DNA of 62,396 nt, the filler included, from Dugesia japonica (taxonomy: Eukaryota): NCBI GenBank assembly GCA_001938525.1. It is 6 parts of 6 records of this genome, joined end to end, with 100 filler letters (N's around TTAATTAATTAA, not from the genome) between each part and the next. Parts side by side here need not be neighbours in the genome. Positions count along the whole stretch, not along the records: positions 9,679 to 18,954 come from MQRL01619240.1; positions 19,055 to 29,278 come from MQRL01163035.1; 4 more parts are not named here. One strand, given 5' to 3'. The notes under the pieces are model-generated. The model saw nothing but the letters and a program-made list of their open reading frames with translations, made no database searches and was not told where the DNA came from. How positions within the stretch are numbered: the stretch's first letter is position 1; the number at the start of each line of letters is the position of its first letter. A program made the position numbers and the translations under genes. This document shows positions 11,436 to 24,889 of the stretch, piece after piece.

Positions 11436-11592
11436 NNNNNNNNNNNNNNNNNNNNNNNNNNNNNNNNNNNNNNNNNNNNNNNNNNNNNNNNNNNNNNNNN
11501 NNNNNNNNNNNNNNNNNNNNNNNNNNNNNNNNNNNNNNNNNNNNNNNNNNNNNNNNNNNNNNNNNNNNNNNNNNNNNNNNNNNNNNNNNNNN

Positions 11593-11660
<68 letters not shown>
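10476..11660. repeat. (TTA/TAA)n microsatellites flanking N gaps (10476-10537, 11371-11435, 11593-11659)
   Basis: Directly visible; similar tracts at 18889-18954, 50572-50614 and 62061-62100. Confidence 0.95.
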
Positions 11661-14081
11661 ATGATACTGACATTATAAACACCATTTTCAAAACTACTTA
11701 TAGATCTAGTTAGATAAATATGTTTAAAAGAATAAAATTAAAATAAAAAATCTTATTAGATATATGGAATAATAAATATATATAATATAAAAAATATTTT
11801 AAAATTACAAAAATCAGTAACCTACCCAAAATGAATATTTTCCAGTAGCAAATAAATAAATCCCAAAAAGAATTTTATTGTCTGCAATTAGATAGACGAA
11901 GTTTTTAACGGAAAAGTAATTTCTATTGGGAAAAGAGTGATTTTATCAAATTGTTGTGCATTCCCAGTAAATGTGCAGCACGGCAAGTGGTCAAATAACT
12001 TTTCGAAAAAATTCACATAAACAGTCTCGGCTGGTTGTAGAAATAGTTGATTATCTGACAGTTGAATATCAATGACTAGTCTCATCGTTTTCTCGGATTC
12101 TCTCTCACTCTCTATCTCTCTCTCTCTCTCTATTTTCGCATCGGAAATTTACCTTTGAGAACTGTTGCTGTCTAACAAAAAAAACTCGGATTGCGGATGC
12201 GATTAAAACAAAAAATAATAATAAAACATTTAGATAATTAGATTCCTAACTCAGAATTTTAAAATCAATTCCAGTTTGATTTGACAAAATGTGATAAAAT
12301 AACGGATTAAATTTCCACGCTATTTCGATCTCTAAGGATGAGGGGAAGAAAGTAGAGGAAAAAACATTATAATTATTAATGAGTATTTTGTTGTTTCTGA
12401 AATTTATCAAATAACAAAAAAAACTATTTTTCGATAAAATATCAATTAATATTTCAATTCGTCATTTTTGATTGCAACTGAATGATTATAATTTATTTAA
12501 TTAAAAAATTTTTCAAAATCACGACTTATCTATTTGATTAAATTTTTTTCTTTTTTTTTAATCTAACAAATCAAAAAAAAACTAATTGATAATAATAAGA
12601 AAAAACGATTTTGTTTTATTAAATTTTTATTAATAGGAAAAAAATATATTTCAATGAAATATTTGTAAATTTATTATTTTATTGTAATTAATGAAATATA
12701 ATTACATAATATGTTAATGCACAGTTCGGCACACATCTCAACACATCAGTATTTTCGGGAAACTTGAATTAATAATCTGTCAAATTTTTATTAACGTTAA
12801 AATTTAATCAAAAAGTTTTCTTTAAAAGATTTTATTTTCAATTTTTTCAGATTTACTAGTTAATTTAATAAAAACAAATTTCTAAAAATTTTATTTGAAA
12901 CGCAAAATATTTTTATCAAATTTTATTACTATTTATAATTATAAGTAGTTTGTTATAAAATAATTTTTTAATTCTNNNNNNNNNNNNNNNNNNNNTTTTT
13001 TTAAGTTCAAATTATAAATTATCGAATTTTTTATATTATATTATTATATTATTATTATTAATAAAAATAATTGTTAATAACTTTGTGGAAAAAATTTGGA
13101 CAAGTCAAAATAAATCAAGGATTCAAAGTTTAATATTTAGCTTTTAGATATTCTTTAGCTAACAATGGGCCAACCTCGGGTTCCAAATCATTCGGCGTGA
13201 TAATTGTTAAGTAAATCTTCAATTGATAATTTATATTCAAAATCAGAATAATTAAATGAAGACATTTTATTTCAAAATCTAACTCAATAAATATAAATTT
13301 TTTTGAAAAAGAAACTAAAAAATCATTTAACTTAATTTCAACAATTTCTTTTAGTTGAAATTTTTTAATTATTTCTTAATCATTTAAGTCTTCCTTATAA
13401 CAATAATATTTAAATTTTGAATAAATTTGCAAAAGGATATTTTCCTCCTAAAATTATCATATTAATACCGCTTTTTTATTGTTATAACTTGTGTTTCAAA
13501 CGTAACCAATCTATTGATATTTAAATTTTAAAACAGCTTCTGCATGTCATTGATAATTGCTCGGTGTACGAAGTATGGCACGCATGTCGTAAATTGCCGA
13601 CAGTACCGGTGCGAGTATCTTCTTCTCCGGCTTGCATGCTGTGACTACGAGCCGCATTATTTTTCTGTTTTTTTACTTGTTATAAACTTATCACAATCAA
13701 GGATTTATTATTCAGAATGTATAATAATAGCAGTTAGTTTTAACATTAATACATTATTTATGGTTTACAACTGCAGAATTAATTTCAAAGAGTTTCCTTG
13801 TTTAAGTTTGTAATGTTTCATTGTAATGATCCNNNNNNNNNNNNNNNNNNNNNNNNNNNNNNNNNNNNNNNNNNNNNNNNNNNNNNNNNNNNNNNNNNNN
13901 NNNNNNNNNNNNNNNNNNNNNNNNNNNNNNNNNNNNNNNNNNNNNNNNNNNNNNNNNNNNNNNNNNNNNNNNNNNNNNNNNNNNNNNNNNNNNNNNNNNN
14001 NNNNNNNNNNNNNNNNNNNNNNNNNNNNNNNNNNNNNNNNNNNNNNNNNNNNNNNNNNNNNNNTATAGAAACAGGTTTAAA

Positions 14082-14882
14082 CCAATCTCCTGGTAGTTTT
14101 TTTTATTCTAGATATTAGTTTACCTGTGAATAAATCGATTGATATTTTATTAAATTAAAAGCGTCGATTAATTGTTTTTAGTTAGTTGTTTTTTTAAATA
14201 TTTTTTTAGTTGTTTGGAATTTAATTTATTCTATCAAATTTTAATTGGTTAATTTATTTAATTATTAGAAATTACAGATTTTAGATTTATAAAAAATCCA
14301 TATTTTTATCGAAGCTTGTAATTTAATGAAATCTCAAACAAGATCAATAGTTAAGTCTAACAATAATTACTGCAATAATTGTAATTATAAAACTTGTTTG
14401 ATATTTTAATATTGGACTTTTCGTCATATTTGGCGTATTGTGTAACTGTTCAAACATAGATATGTTCTTATTACAAACAAATGGATATTCCAAATCTATT
14501 ATGTAAAAATTAACTTTTGTAATAACGAATAAGTAGGTACACAAAATTAATATTCTAAATTCGGAAGTGTTATTAATGATATATATATATATAATTATTG
14601 CAGTAATTATTCTAAGACTTAATCATTGATCTTGTTTGAGATTTCATTAAATTGCAAGCTTCGATAAAAATGTGGATTTTTTATAAATCTAAAATAAATG
14701 TATTTTCTAATAATTAAATAAATGAACCAATTAAAATTAGATAGAATAAAAAATAAATTCCAAACAACTAAAAAAATATTTAAAAAAACAACATTTTAAT
14801 CGACGCTTTTAATTTAATAAAATATCAATCGATTTAATCACAGGGAAACTTATATCTAGAATAAAATAAACTACCAGGAGAT
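14082..14882. repeat. Foldback: ~290-bp inverted repeat arms around a ~215-bp spacer
   Basis: ATCTCCTGGTAGTTT...AATTACTGCAATAATT (14082-14380) is the reverse complement of AATTATTGCAGTAATT...AAACTACCAGGAGAT (14593-14882), with scattered mismatches. Confidence 0.85.
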
Positions 14883-15476
14883 GGTAACAGTAATAATTTT
14901 TCTAAAGCAAGAGTACATCAATCGTAAATATGAATCATTTTAAAATTTTATGTCGAAACTTTAGAGTTATGTGTGAAGCATTTGATGATTAACTCTGAGA
15001 ATTCAAAAATTAATTGTCTGATGAGTCATTCTGTTTTTTATTGAATCGTTTTAGTAAATTTAAATTTTTCATTAAATTATTTTTATACAAATTTAATTTT
15101 CTAAAAATGGTTGGAGGGATTTTATATTTATAAATAAAAATAAATAAAAAAATATTTTATAAATAAATAAATTAATAGAAATTTTCTTTTTTTAAAAATA
15201 CATTGAATTTGAAAATGACACAAATAAATTTAAAAAAAATATACACTAGACTTTATAGAAGAATTAGCTAAATTAAACAACTCTTTAGAAGTTTACGTAT
15301 AAAGAAGAATACCCTTTTAGTATTTACCAATTACAAGATTGGCTACATGAATTTCAATCAGTGCGACTGATAACGTTTGGATTTAAAAGATTCGTTATAA
15401 AATGAAATCGATAATAGAATTCGTGTTAAAATTTAATTTAAAAGTAATAATGTTTTTTTTATTGGAATGATAATTA

Positions 15477-16943
15477 TTAGGTAATTGCATTAATTCTCGC
15501 TGTTTGTTTTAATTAACTAACTTATTAAATATTTCAGCGATAATTTAAATCAATCGGTAGGATTTGTTAAGTATTAATATTTAAATGTTAAAATAATTAT
15601 TTAGTTAAGTTGTACAGCAAACGAAAACCGATTCATTTAATATGACTAGTTTTATTCCAAAAAATGCCCATTTGCGGGAGGCGTTGTTTTTTGGTTTTCA
15701 TCTCAAAAGAAGTGCTGCAGAAAGTCATAGGATGCTTTCAGATCCTTATGGCAACCCTGCTCTGTCTGAAACATGCTGCCGAGAATGGTTTCGGCAATTC
15801 AAAATGGGTGACTTTGATTTGCAGGATAAATAATTGACATCCAGGGCAACCTAAGCGCATTTCAGATGAAGATTTATAATTATAAAGGAGTTGATCAAGG
15901 ATGGATCCAAAACAATTGAAACAATGACAGAAATCATTAATGTATTAGGTCTAGAAGTTAATTTTGTGGATTTTCTATGTTTAAATATTTCATTTTATAA
16001 ATAATAATTTATGAATTTTTAAAAATAAATTTTAGATAAGTATTATTCAAGCTTTTAAAAACATTAATTGGTATGATTTGTAAAAGTTTAATTTTATTTT
16101 GATTCTCATTTTAGTATTACNNNNNNNNNNNNNNNNNNNNNNNNNNNNNNNNNNNNNNNNNNNNNNNNNNNNNNNNNNNNNNNNNNNNNTCGGTAAATGG
16201 TTGCCTCATCAATTGAAAGAAGCAGATATCGCAAAACGATTAGACATTTGTCAGTCGCTGCTCAGCAGGCAAAGGCAAAGTCCTTTTTACATCGCATTGT
16301 TACTTGTGATGAAAAATGGATTTCTTTTGAAAATCCAAAACTAAAAAAATCATGGGTGAAGCCTGGTCAATCCAGAAAATCAACACCAAAACGAGACTTG
16401 CATGGAAACAATGTGATGTTATCAATTTTTGTGGATCAAATAGGGATTATTTATTTTGAGGTTCTGAACAAACGTGAAACAGTTGATGGTATGCGTTATC
16501 AACAACAATTAATAAAATTGAGGCAAGCATTGCACGAAAAACGGCCAATAGACTGTTCCAATAGACATGAGACTGTGTTATAACAGCATGATAATGCTCG
16601 ACCTCACGCTTCGGTTTTAGTGAGGAATACGATAGCAGAATTCGGATGGGAAGTTTTACCTTACCCGCCATACTCACCAAACATCAACGCAACATGGTCT
16701 TTGCGAACGGCACTTCAACAATCATTATGATGTCCAGAAATGGCTTGACTATTGGGCAAATTCCAATGAAGAAAAAAATTTTTATCTTGGAATTCATCTG
16801 TTGCCAGAAAGGTTGAGAAATGTTGTTAGCAATGATTGACACTACTTAGAATGAGATGTTATGTAAAAATAAATGTATTTGGAGTTTTGATTTACATTTC
16901 TTCTTATTATTAAAAAATAACGTGAATTAACGCAACTACTTAA
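15477..16943 (+). mobile_element. Mariner (Mos1-like) element, full-length but decayed
   Basis: TA-flanked TIRs TTAGGTAATTGCATTAATT / AATTAACGCAACTACTTAA; HTH (AAESHRML..CREWFRQFK.GDFDL), WLPHQL, TCDEKW, HDNARPH, PYSP. A second mariner-like TIR (TATTAGGTCT) is nested at ~15943. Confidence 0.93.
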
Positions 16944-17400
16944 TAGTATGAATAATAATTACGGTTATTGTTATTCTCTCTTCTCTATTAAGTTTTGCTT
17001 CCCATTCTCGTCTTAATATCATCTTTATCATTTAAACCTTTTCTGTTCTCGACAACAGAATTGTCTCAGTACTAATACCATTATTAATTTAAAGGTAGTG
17101 ACCACATTATATTTAATAAAAAGTCATTAAATTATTTCTATATTTTATATCTGGCAGAGGTTTCACGTATATATCGCCTTTGTCTATTCAAGATTTACTA
17201 TAACTTTTATGAATTGTAGTATTCCGCTAGGTATTTGGTTGTTCGGAAGTTTCATGTCAATTTTCAATTTGTGGCTTTAATATACGAATGATAGAAAATC
17301 AGTCACATATATACATATTCTAAAAGGTAAATGACATGTTAATTAATAAAGATAAAATTATTTGTTTAGATAATCATCAATAGTATTACGCAATTTAAAT

Positions 17401-17910
17401 ATGGAAGAAAATAAATTTCATTATAGGCATTTGATGATTTTCTTTTACCGGAAAGATAAAAATACCACACAAGCAACGAACAAAATTTGTTCTGTTTATG
17501 GTAAAGGTACTTTATCTGAGAGAGTGGTTTGAAAGTGGTGTGCTAGGTTTAACGCTGGTGGTTTAAATCTTGACGATAAAATACGTATGGGTCTTCACAG
17601 CACCACAGATGAAGATCAGATCAAAACACTTTTCGAGAATAATCCACAACATACGATTTGTAAATTAACAGAAATGTTAATTTATCATTCATGAGCATTT
17701 ATTGAAATCATGAAACGCGTTATGTTCAACGATTAGATATATGGATTCCCCAAGAATGGATTCTACATTGTAAGTGAAAATGAACTTGATGGGTCGCATA
17801 CACATATGTGACATGCTCTATAAACGCAACGATACGACACTATTTGTTAAGTAAGTAGTGGATTATTTATAATAATGTTGAGCGGAAAATACCCTAGGAA
17901 AAGTGAATAT
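17401..17910 (+). pseudogene. Mariner transposase N-terminal remnant
   Basis: MEENKFHYRHLMIFFYRK..NTTQATNKICSVYG....SER...KW.ARF..G..NL.D, then WIP and a degenerate catalytic start. Confidence 0.85.
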
Positions 17911-18887
17911 TTAAATATGTAAATAGTAGCTTATTTAAAAAAAATAACTACACAAAAATAGTAATAATTTCATAAAAGTTCCATTTATAGGTCGACATAT
18001 CAACTAATGTGATCTTCTTCATTACAGCCTAATTTAAATGTGGCCTCTAAGGGTAAAAAAGTTGCCCATCTATGTACTAGAATATTAAAAACCTAATTTN
18101 TTGAATGGTTATTTTCAAGAAAAAGGATTAGTGTAAGAAAATTGAACAAACCAATTTAATAAAACTAAATAGGTTATAACTTCTCAATACTATAAATGGA
18201 ATTTCTATTATTCGATTCAAATTACCATAAAGATAAATTAGTGCTAATCTGTATTTCTTAATTCAAATCACTGATACCACCTATAAAATTCAAAGTGAAG
18301 CAACTGAGTAAATTATTACTAGATGGTGACACATGAATAAAGTAAATAAATAAGAAACTTGACCTAATCTACACCCAGAAATTATTATTTTCAAATAATT
18401 TAAATGCGTCGTTAGAGATGTAATAAAACTTTATGGCCTATAGCCGTTGGTATAAAAATACTTTAAAGTTATGAAAATGGTTATAAAGAACAAGTCATAA
18501 AAGATTTACTGCAACAAAACTTCTTATAAAAAGATAATCGATGATTTGATTTACAAATATGAAACAATTACAGATTAATTACACAAGCAACAATATTTTA
18601 TGGAAAAAGAATAAATTATTGTTTATCAAGTGTATCTTTTGGTAGTATCTAAAATTTATATTCAATGTATCCATCCATATGATTGCTCATAGAATTTCAA
18701 ATTCACTTACAGACAATATTCATACAATTCAAAAATTATTTTGTACAAAATGCGATGAGAAACATCATTTTATAATTCGATACATTTTGTGTTGTTTATC
18801 AAATAGTTTTTTTAAATGTTCAAAAATTTCCGAAAATATTTGTTATTTAAATTTTGAAATATTATAAATGACGTTTTAATAAACAGA

Positions 18888-18954
<67 letters not shown>

Positions 18955-19054
18955 NNNNNNNNNNNNNNNNNNNNNNNNNNNNNNNNNNNNNNNNNNNNTT
19001 AATTAATTAANNNNNNNNNNNNNNNNNNNNNNNNNNNNNNNNNNNNNNNNNNNN

Positions 19055-21051
19055 GCTAGTTTTGGGGCTATCGGTGCAGTCCTTAGTCAATGCAAAGAGG
19101 AAAAGGAAGTGGTAATAGCGTATGGATCTAGACATTTGACAGCTCATGAAAAAAGATACTGTGTGACAAGGAAAGAACTATTTGCTATACATGAATTTGT
19201 ACAACTATTCAAACAATATCTGTATGGAAAATAATTTCTAGTAAGAACGGACCACAAAGCATTGGTGTTTCTGAACAACACAAAAAAACCAATCAGCCCA
19301 CAATTCTAGACGTAGATGGCGAATTTGGGAGAGTATGATTTTGAAATCAAGTTTAGAAATGGAGAAGAACACAACAATGCGGATGGGTTGTCGAGGCTAA
19401 ATGAAATTTTTTGTTCACAATGTAGCATGAAACACAGACGCAAAAGGAGAAAAGACGAGAGTGAAACATATCAATGGAATTCAACATGAGACCGATATAA
19501 TTACAATGATTCGACAGGCTCAGACAGAAGATTCAGAAATACAAAGTTGTGTAGCAATGTTGCAAGAAGAAGGTTTAGAGACTAAAAAGAGTGATCAAGG
19601 AAGTTACTCGAATAAATTGAAGCATGGATTGAAAATAGTGGATGATTTGTTAGTTGTGGAAAGAGGAAATAAATTTTTGTTAGTAGTTCCAACAAGTATA
19701 GTTGATAAAGTTATAAAAAATCATGAAGATTTATGTCATGTAGAAAGAAAAAAGCTATTTTCATACGCACAAGATGGTTATTTCTGGCCAGGGATGCGCG
19801 ATACAATTAATACAAGTATTGATAAATGCGAGATGTGTGCCAAAAGGAAAGTAGTACAAAGTCATACAAAAGAATCACTTATACTATGGAGAAGCCAAAA
19901 TTTTTTAGAACAAATTGTAGTGGACATAGCTTTTATGGAACAGAGCAAGTCTGAAAAGAAATATATATGGTGGTAATTATTAATCGTTTTAGCAAACTAG
20001 TCAGCTTATCTGTAGTTTCAAAAATGGATGAAGAGACGATTTATATTTTTATATATACGATATATAAACCGTTTTGGTAAACCAAAATCCATTTTGACTG
20101 ACAGGGGTAAAGTGTTTGAAAGTCAAGTGATGGCAAAGAAACTAGGAAAATTTGGAATTGTAAAGAAATCTAGTTCTCCGTATCAACACCAGTCTAATAA
20201 TTTGGTAGAACGGATGATCCAAACAGTGAGGGCTAAGATTACGATATCGATAAAAGGAAAATGTAATGAGAAAGATTGGGACATATTTTTACCGAGATTA
20301 GAATTTAGTATTAATGCTACAATACAAGAGTCAATAAAATTCTCTACTTTCAAAATCGTATTTTCTCGAAAGATAATTCTGCATACCAAAGAGGAAACGC
20401 TCTCAAAAGGAAGGACTGGCAGAAAAGAGATAGTGCGACATAATTTGAAGAATGTGGCACAGAAAAAGAAAAATGTCGAGAAACATGAGTGAGGACAAAG
20501 ATACCTTAAAGAGGGAGAGTGGGTATTAGTCCAAGTAGAACCACACAAACAAAAGAAAAACGGTTTGCTGTATGAAGGCCCATACCAGATAGTGAGATTT
20601 GTATCAGCACATCAAGTTGAAATGAAGATTCCAAATGATTTGCAAACCAGGCGAATAGAATGGCTAAAAAGATGGAAAACGTTTTGAAGGAGCGAAGAGT
20701 TATGGAAATTCGAAATATTTTTGTTTGAATAATACGAATTAACGTTATAATTTATATTTAATAAAGTGTCTATTCTTAGTTGTTATTGAAATATGATAGA
20801 GGACAAGGATATTGTAACTGTTTTCTTTTCAATTTGTACTTTTTTAAAAAATTTTTTTGAATTATTATTCATTCTTGGTAAAATAAAATGTTTAAACTTT
20901 TTCATCTCCATTTAGGGAATAAAGAACTACTTCGAGTAAATAAAACTTGGAAAAGGTTGATTAATGATCTGGAACGACGAAAGTGTGTATTGGATAAATA
21001 TTCGGATTTTCTTTCATGATTTTGATATTGATTATTTTAACTGTGATAACT
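19055..21051 (+). mobile_element. Ty3/Gypsy 3' half: RNase H, integrase, GPY/F domain and 3' LTR (20698-21051)
   Basis: ASFGAIGAVLSQ, YCVTRKEL, RTDHKAL, NADGLSR, HHCC zinc finger, TDRG..FES, HQSN.LVER, EGPY. A purine tract precedes an AGTTAT...ATAACT-bounded LTR. Confidence 0.9.
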
Positions 21052-21291
21052 TTACATATTTTTAAATTATTTAACTAGAATTTTTCTATTAATGTTTGAT
21101 ATATTTTTATAATTTTCTTTATCAACTATTAACAAAGCTTATCAGATATTTATTTTTATACTATTATACTATTAAAATTTTATTAAAATATTTGTAATTG
21201 TAATGATAATAATAATTTCCTGGCTTTTAATTTAATATTAAATTTAATAGGTTTTTTACAGTTATTAATCAAACTTAATTTGATATCTTAA

Positions 21292-21700
21292 CACAGCTGT
21301 CCAAAACGCAGCCCGAGAATCATTTTTCTATAATACATAAATTATTTCATGAAAAGTTAAATAGTACTTGCCATTAAATAATACACGCTTATGTCATTTG
21401 CTTGGCACGAAGATGAAAGGGAATACAGGCAACCAAGCTTCAAAATGTTTTTCTTCGAAAAAAATAAACGGTCGTTAAGAGTTTGCGCCAATTACTGTTG
21501 CTCGAATTTTCGTCTCTACAATTCAACTGACAACAATGTATATTCAATTCAAATATGCTCAGCAGTAGTTATCTTTGTGAAAGTACCTTTTCAACATTGA
21601 AATTTAAAAAATCTAAATATAGAAGTTCCATGACGAACAAATCGCTATCAAATTTACTGCGATTGGCTACTACAAACATTGAAATTGATATTAGTAAAAA
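21292..21700 (+). mobile_element. Internally deleted hAT (Charlie/SPIN-type) remnant
   Basis: 5' end CAGCTGTCCAAAACGCAGCCCG; dimerisation domain SSYLCESTFSTLKFKKSKYRSSMT...LRLATTNIEIDI; cut off by the element 3 terminus. Confidence 0.8.
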
Positions 21701-22024
21701 GTATTTAGATATTTACGCACGGTCACACATACTTCTTATTCTTCCCAATCCCCCTCTCGTTTTTGTTGGTGGATTCTAATTTGATTGGTTCTAAAATTTC
21801 AGTGTGTGATTACCTCATTTGTGGCTTAAATTTGATTGGTCGAATTTTTTTGTATGTGTTGATTACATCATGGTTACATAATAATTTCGTGATAATAATT
21901 ATTATTTTTTTTAATTGGTGATTTTTTTGTTTAAATTGGGTGAAATTATTGATTTTTTTGTTTAAATTAACGAAATTAATAATTTTTGAAATTCTTTATG
22001 TAAAATTTATTGAATATTTTATAT

Positions 22025-22131
22025 TAATATTGTCGGGGAGAAAATCACATTCGATAAGTTTTGTTTAATTTAAAGTTATTGTTTAAATTAAACAAAACTT
22101 ATCGAATGTGATTTTCTCCCTGACAATATTA
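22025..22131. repeat. Near-perfect hairpin with 50-bp arms and a 7-nt loop
   Basis: TAATATTGTCGGGGAGAAAATCACATTCGATAAGTTTTGTTTAATTTAAA-gttattg-reverse complement, one mismatch. Confidence 0.95.
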
Positions 22132-22200
22132 TTTAAAATATTCCCCCGGGCTTGTTAATTAGATTCTTGTCCAACAACTAAAAATGATGAGACATTTTAT

Positions 22201-22490
22201 TTAGGAAAAGTATTTATTTTTATAAACATTATATTTTTCTTTGGTAACTAATTCTTGGTTTAATATTTCTTTACAAATAGATTTAATTTTTTTATGTAAA
22301 TTATTATGACCTGCTTTCCCTACTGAAATTAATTTATGATAATCCTTCAAATAAAGATACTGGATCACTTTCAGTTTCATGATCTGAGTTTGAAGTAAAA
22401 TTAAAACCTTCACCTTTAATTAAATCTTCTTGAATTTCTTTCTCAACAGGAGCTGTGTTAATGGAAGAAACTTCTTCTTTCAAAGTTTTT
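22201..22490 (-). pseudogene. Conserved Maverick protein remnant with a C-terminal AG(H)NN helix motif
   Basis: KLISVGKAGHNNLHKKIKSICKEILNQELVTKEKY resembles the L...AGN....E...I...L tail of a Maverick accessory protein; recognised from memory only. Confidence 0.45.
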
Positions 22491-22849
22491 TTCCAGTTAA
22501 AAATTTATAATATTTAGATTTATGAGAAATTCTAATATTTATTTTTTTTAAATAATTATCTTTTAGATTATTTAGCAGGACAAGGATATCACTATGTAAA
22601 TAGTTATGTAAACAAATTTATTAAATTTAGAAATTTAGTAGATAAAAATCCAGATATTTTAAGAAGTACATTTTCCTTATATAAAGTACAAAAATTTTAA
22701 ATTGATAGAAGAAATTATAGATGAGCAAATTTAACATGAAAATGATTGATATAATCTCAGCTACTGCAGTAGTCGTAAACTTTTAATAAATCTAAAATTT
22801 AAAAAATAATTCTTTACCTTTTTTACCTTTTTCTCCTCTTCAAATAAAT

Positions 22850-23563
22850 CTTCAATCAATACATCTGCTTCTCTATCTAAATAATAATAATTATACTTTC
22901 CAATGTAAATTTACATTATAATCATATTCCATTTTACTGGAAAATATATTACTAAATAAATCATAATAACCATTGTCTTTATCTGTTTTGTTTAATTTAA
23001 AAAATATAAAACAATTAGCATTATTTCTAATAGAGTTTTTGTTTGAATTAAAATATGTTTGTGAAATGTAAATTACATTACAATTAACATGTCTTCCTCT
23101 AGTGAAATAACCTTTCTGTATTTATTGATCTTTTACATTTACAACATCATCAAACATTATTAAATTCTTTTTTACCTTGGATAATTTATCACAAGGAATA
23201 ATTTCATTTGGTTTATTAATCTTTGTTTATTTGTTAAATACGTATTTTCTATAAACCATTATATATTTTGTAATGATGTAATTAAAGAATCAGGAACTTT
23301 ATTTTGATGTTCAAAAAAAATAATATCTTGTTTTGTTAATACGTTTTCAAAACCAAGATAAAGTCAGATAATTGTAATTCAAAGTGATTTATAGTTGTAG
23401 AATAAATTATTAAAGTTTTATAATCTAAAAACTCTGGAGTTAATAACATTTTCATTAACAAAACGTTTTTACCATATCCTGAAGATCCAATTATTAATAA
23501 TCTAAAATTAGATTGAAATATTTTATAATTAAAGATATTTTTATTCCAAATCAGCGAAGCCAT
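22850..23563 (-). pseudogene. A32-like packaging ATPase
   Basis: Walker A RLLIIGSSGYGK, Walker B LIMFDDV, YFTRGRHVNCNVIYISQTYF, IRNNAN.FIFFK. Confidence 0.92.
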
Positions 23564-23754
23564 TTTTTTAAGTAAAAATCAATGTTCATTATTTTCATAA
23601 TCAGAAGTTATTTTATTATCTAAGAATTTTTCTATTTTTATTTTATATACAGTACGATCCATATCTTCTTTATCTGGTTTATTTACAACTGGATTTCATA
23701 TACCTATACTATATGGATCCATATTACTAAAATTAAAAATTTTAAAATAATTAA

Positions 23755-24006
23755 TCAAATCAGAAATTTCTTCATCTGTTCTATCTTCAATAGTATCCAT
23801 TTCCCAAATAAATCTGGCGGATTTCCTAAATTTATAGCTGCAAGTGATTTCTTCATATATTTTTCTTCTGATTCTTTTATAAATTCTTCTTTTAATTCTT
23901 CTTTAAATTCTTCTTTTAATTCTTGTTTAATTTCTTCTTTTAGAGTATTTTGTGATTCTTCTTTTAAAATACCTTTTAAAATAAAAACAAAAGAATTATC
24001 ACTCAT
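23755..24006 (-). CDS. Small Glu/Lys-rich ORF with (L/F)KEE tetrapeptide repeats
   Basis: 83-aa ATG ORF between the integrase and ATPase of element 3. Confidence 0.45.
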   Translation of the reverse strand: MSDNSFVFILKGILKEESQNTLKEEIKQELKEEFKEELKEEFIKESEEKYMKKSLAAINLGNPPDLFGKWILLKIEQMKKFLI

Positions 24007-24015
24007 TTTAATTTA

Positions 24016-24835
24016 TTAATTTAAAATTTTTAAAACAGTTTTCTGAAGTTCATTACTATAAAATCTACCCAAAATCTTTTCCTTATCTAAACCAGTAATT
24101 CCATAAGTAAAAGATTTTGTTTTATATAATTTTGTTACTACAAATATTTCATTTGTCCATTTAGCTGTAAATCCTTTTTCAAATTTATATTTAAATATTC
24201 TAACTCGGTCTCCAATTTTAAATTTTTGGTTAAATACTGTATGATAATTTTCAGTATTATGTTGATTTATTATTTCTTTTATGTTTTCAGGATTTTCACT
24301 AGCATATTTTAGCAATGTTTTTATACTAGAGTGAATTGTATTATTATATTCATCAACAACCTTTTGTAATAAATTATTATTCCATTTTTGATTTCCAGCT
24401 AAGTTAAAATATTTCCACATTTTAGTTTTTAAAGTTCTAATAAATCTTTCAGCAAAAACTGATTTTCCTTCATTTTCTGTATGATATAATTTAATAACAT
24501 TTTCTTTAGGAAATTTATCAAAATACTTTGATCTAATTTCTTACTCTTTATCAAACCAAATTTTGCTTGGTACTCCGTAACTAGTTTCAAATATATTTTC
24601 AAAAGCATCTTTTAATGATTCTTGATTTTTATTAGTCATTGGAACACAAAAACCAAATCTAGAATATTAATCAATAGAAACTAAAATATATCTAAATCCA
24701 TCAGTTGATTTTTAAACCAAATCAATAATATCACAACCCCAAGTATTATTTTTTTCTTTTATTATTACTTTTAGGAAATGTTTCGTTTTTCTATAATCTT
24801 TATGAAGTTCCTTGGCACGAAGTTCATTTGCAAGT
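24016..24835 (-). pseudogene. rve integrase of element 3
   Basis: ELHK, WGCDIID, FRYILVSID.YSR, PSKIWFD, AERFIRTLK, YNNTIHSSIK, FKIGDRVRI, WTNEIF, GRFYSNELQK; no chromodomain seen. Confidence 0.92.
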
Positions 24836-24889
24836 AAGGTTTCTTTATTTTTAAAATTATTATCATTACTTGAGTCTTTGTAGCGCTCA

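Noticed and set aside
10221-11691. Poly-L/Y/N/I ORFs
   Set aside because: Translations of (TTA)n microsatellites and N runs.
11888-12200. 65-aa ORF and (CT)n-associated higher-complexity block
   Set aside because: No protein family or splice pattern recognised. It may be regulatory, but this cannot be supported from the sequence.
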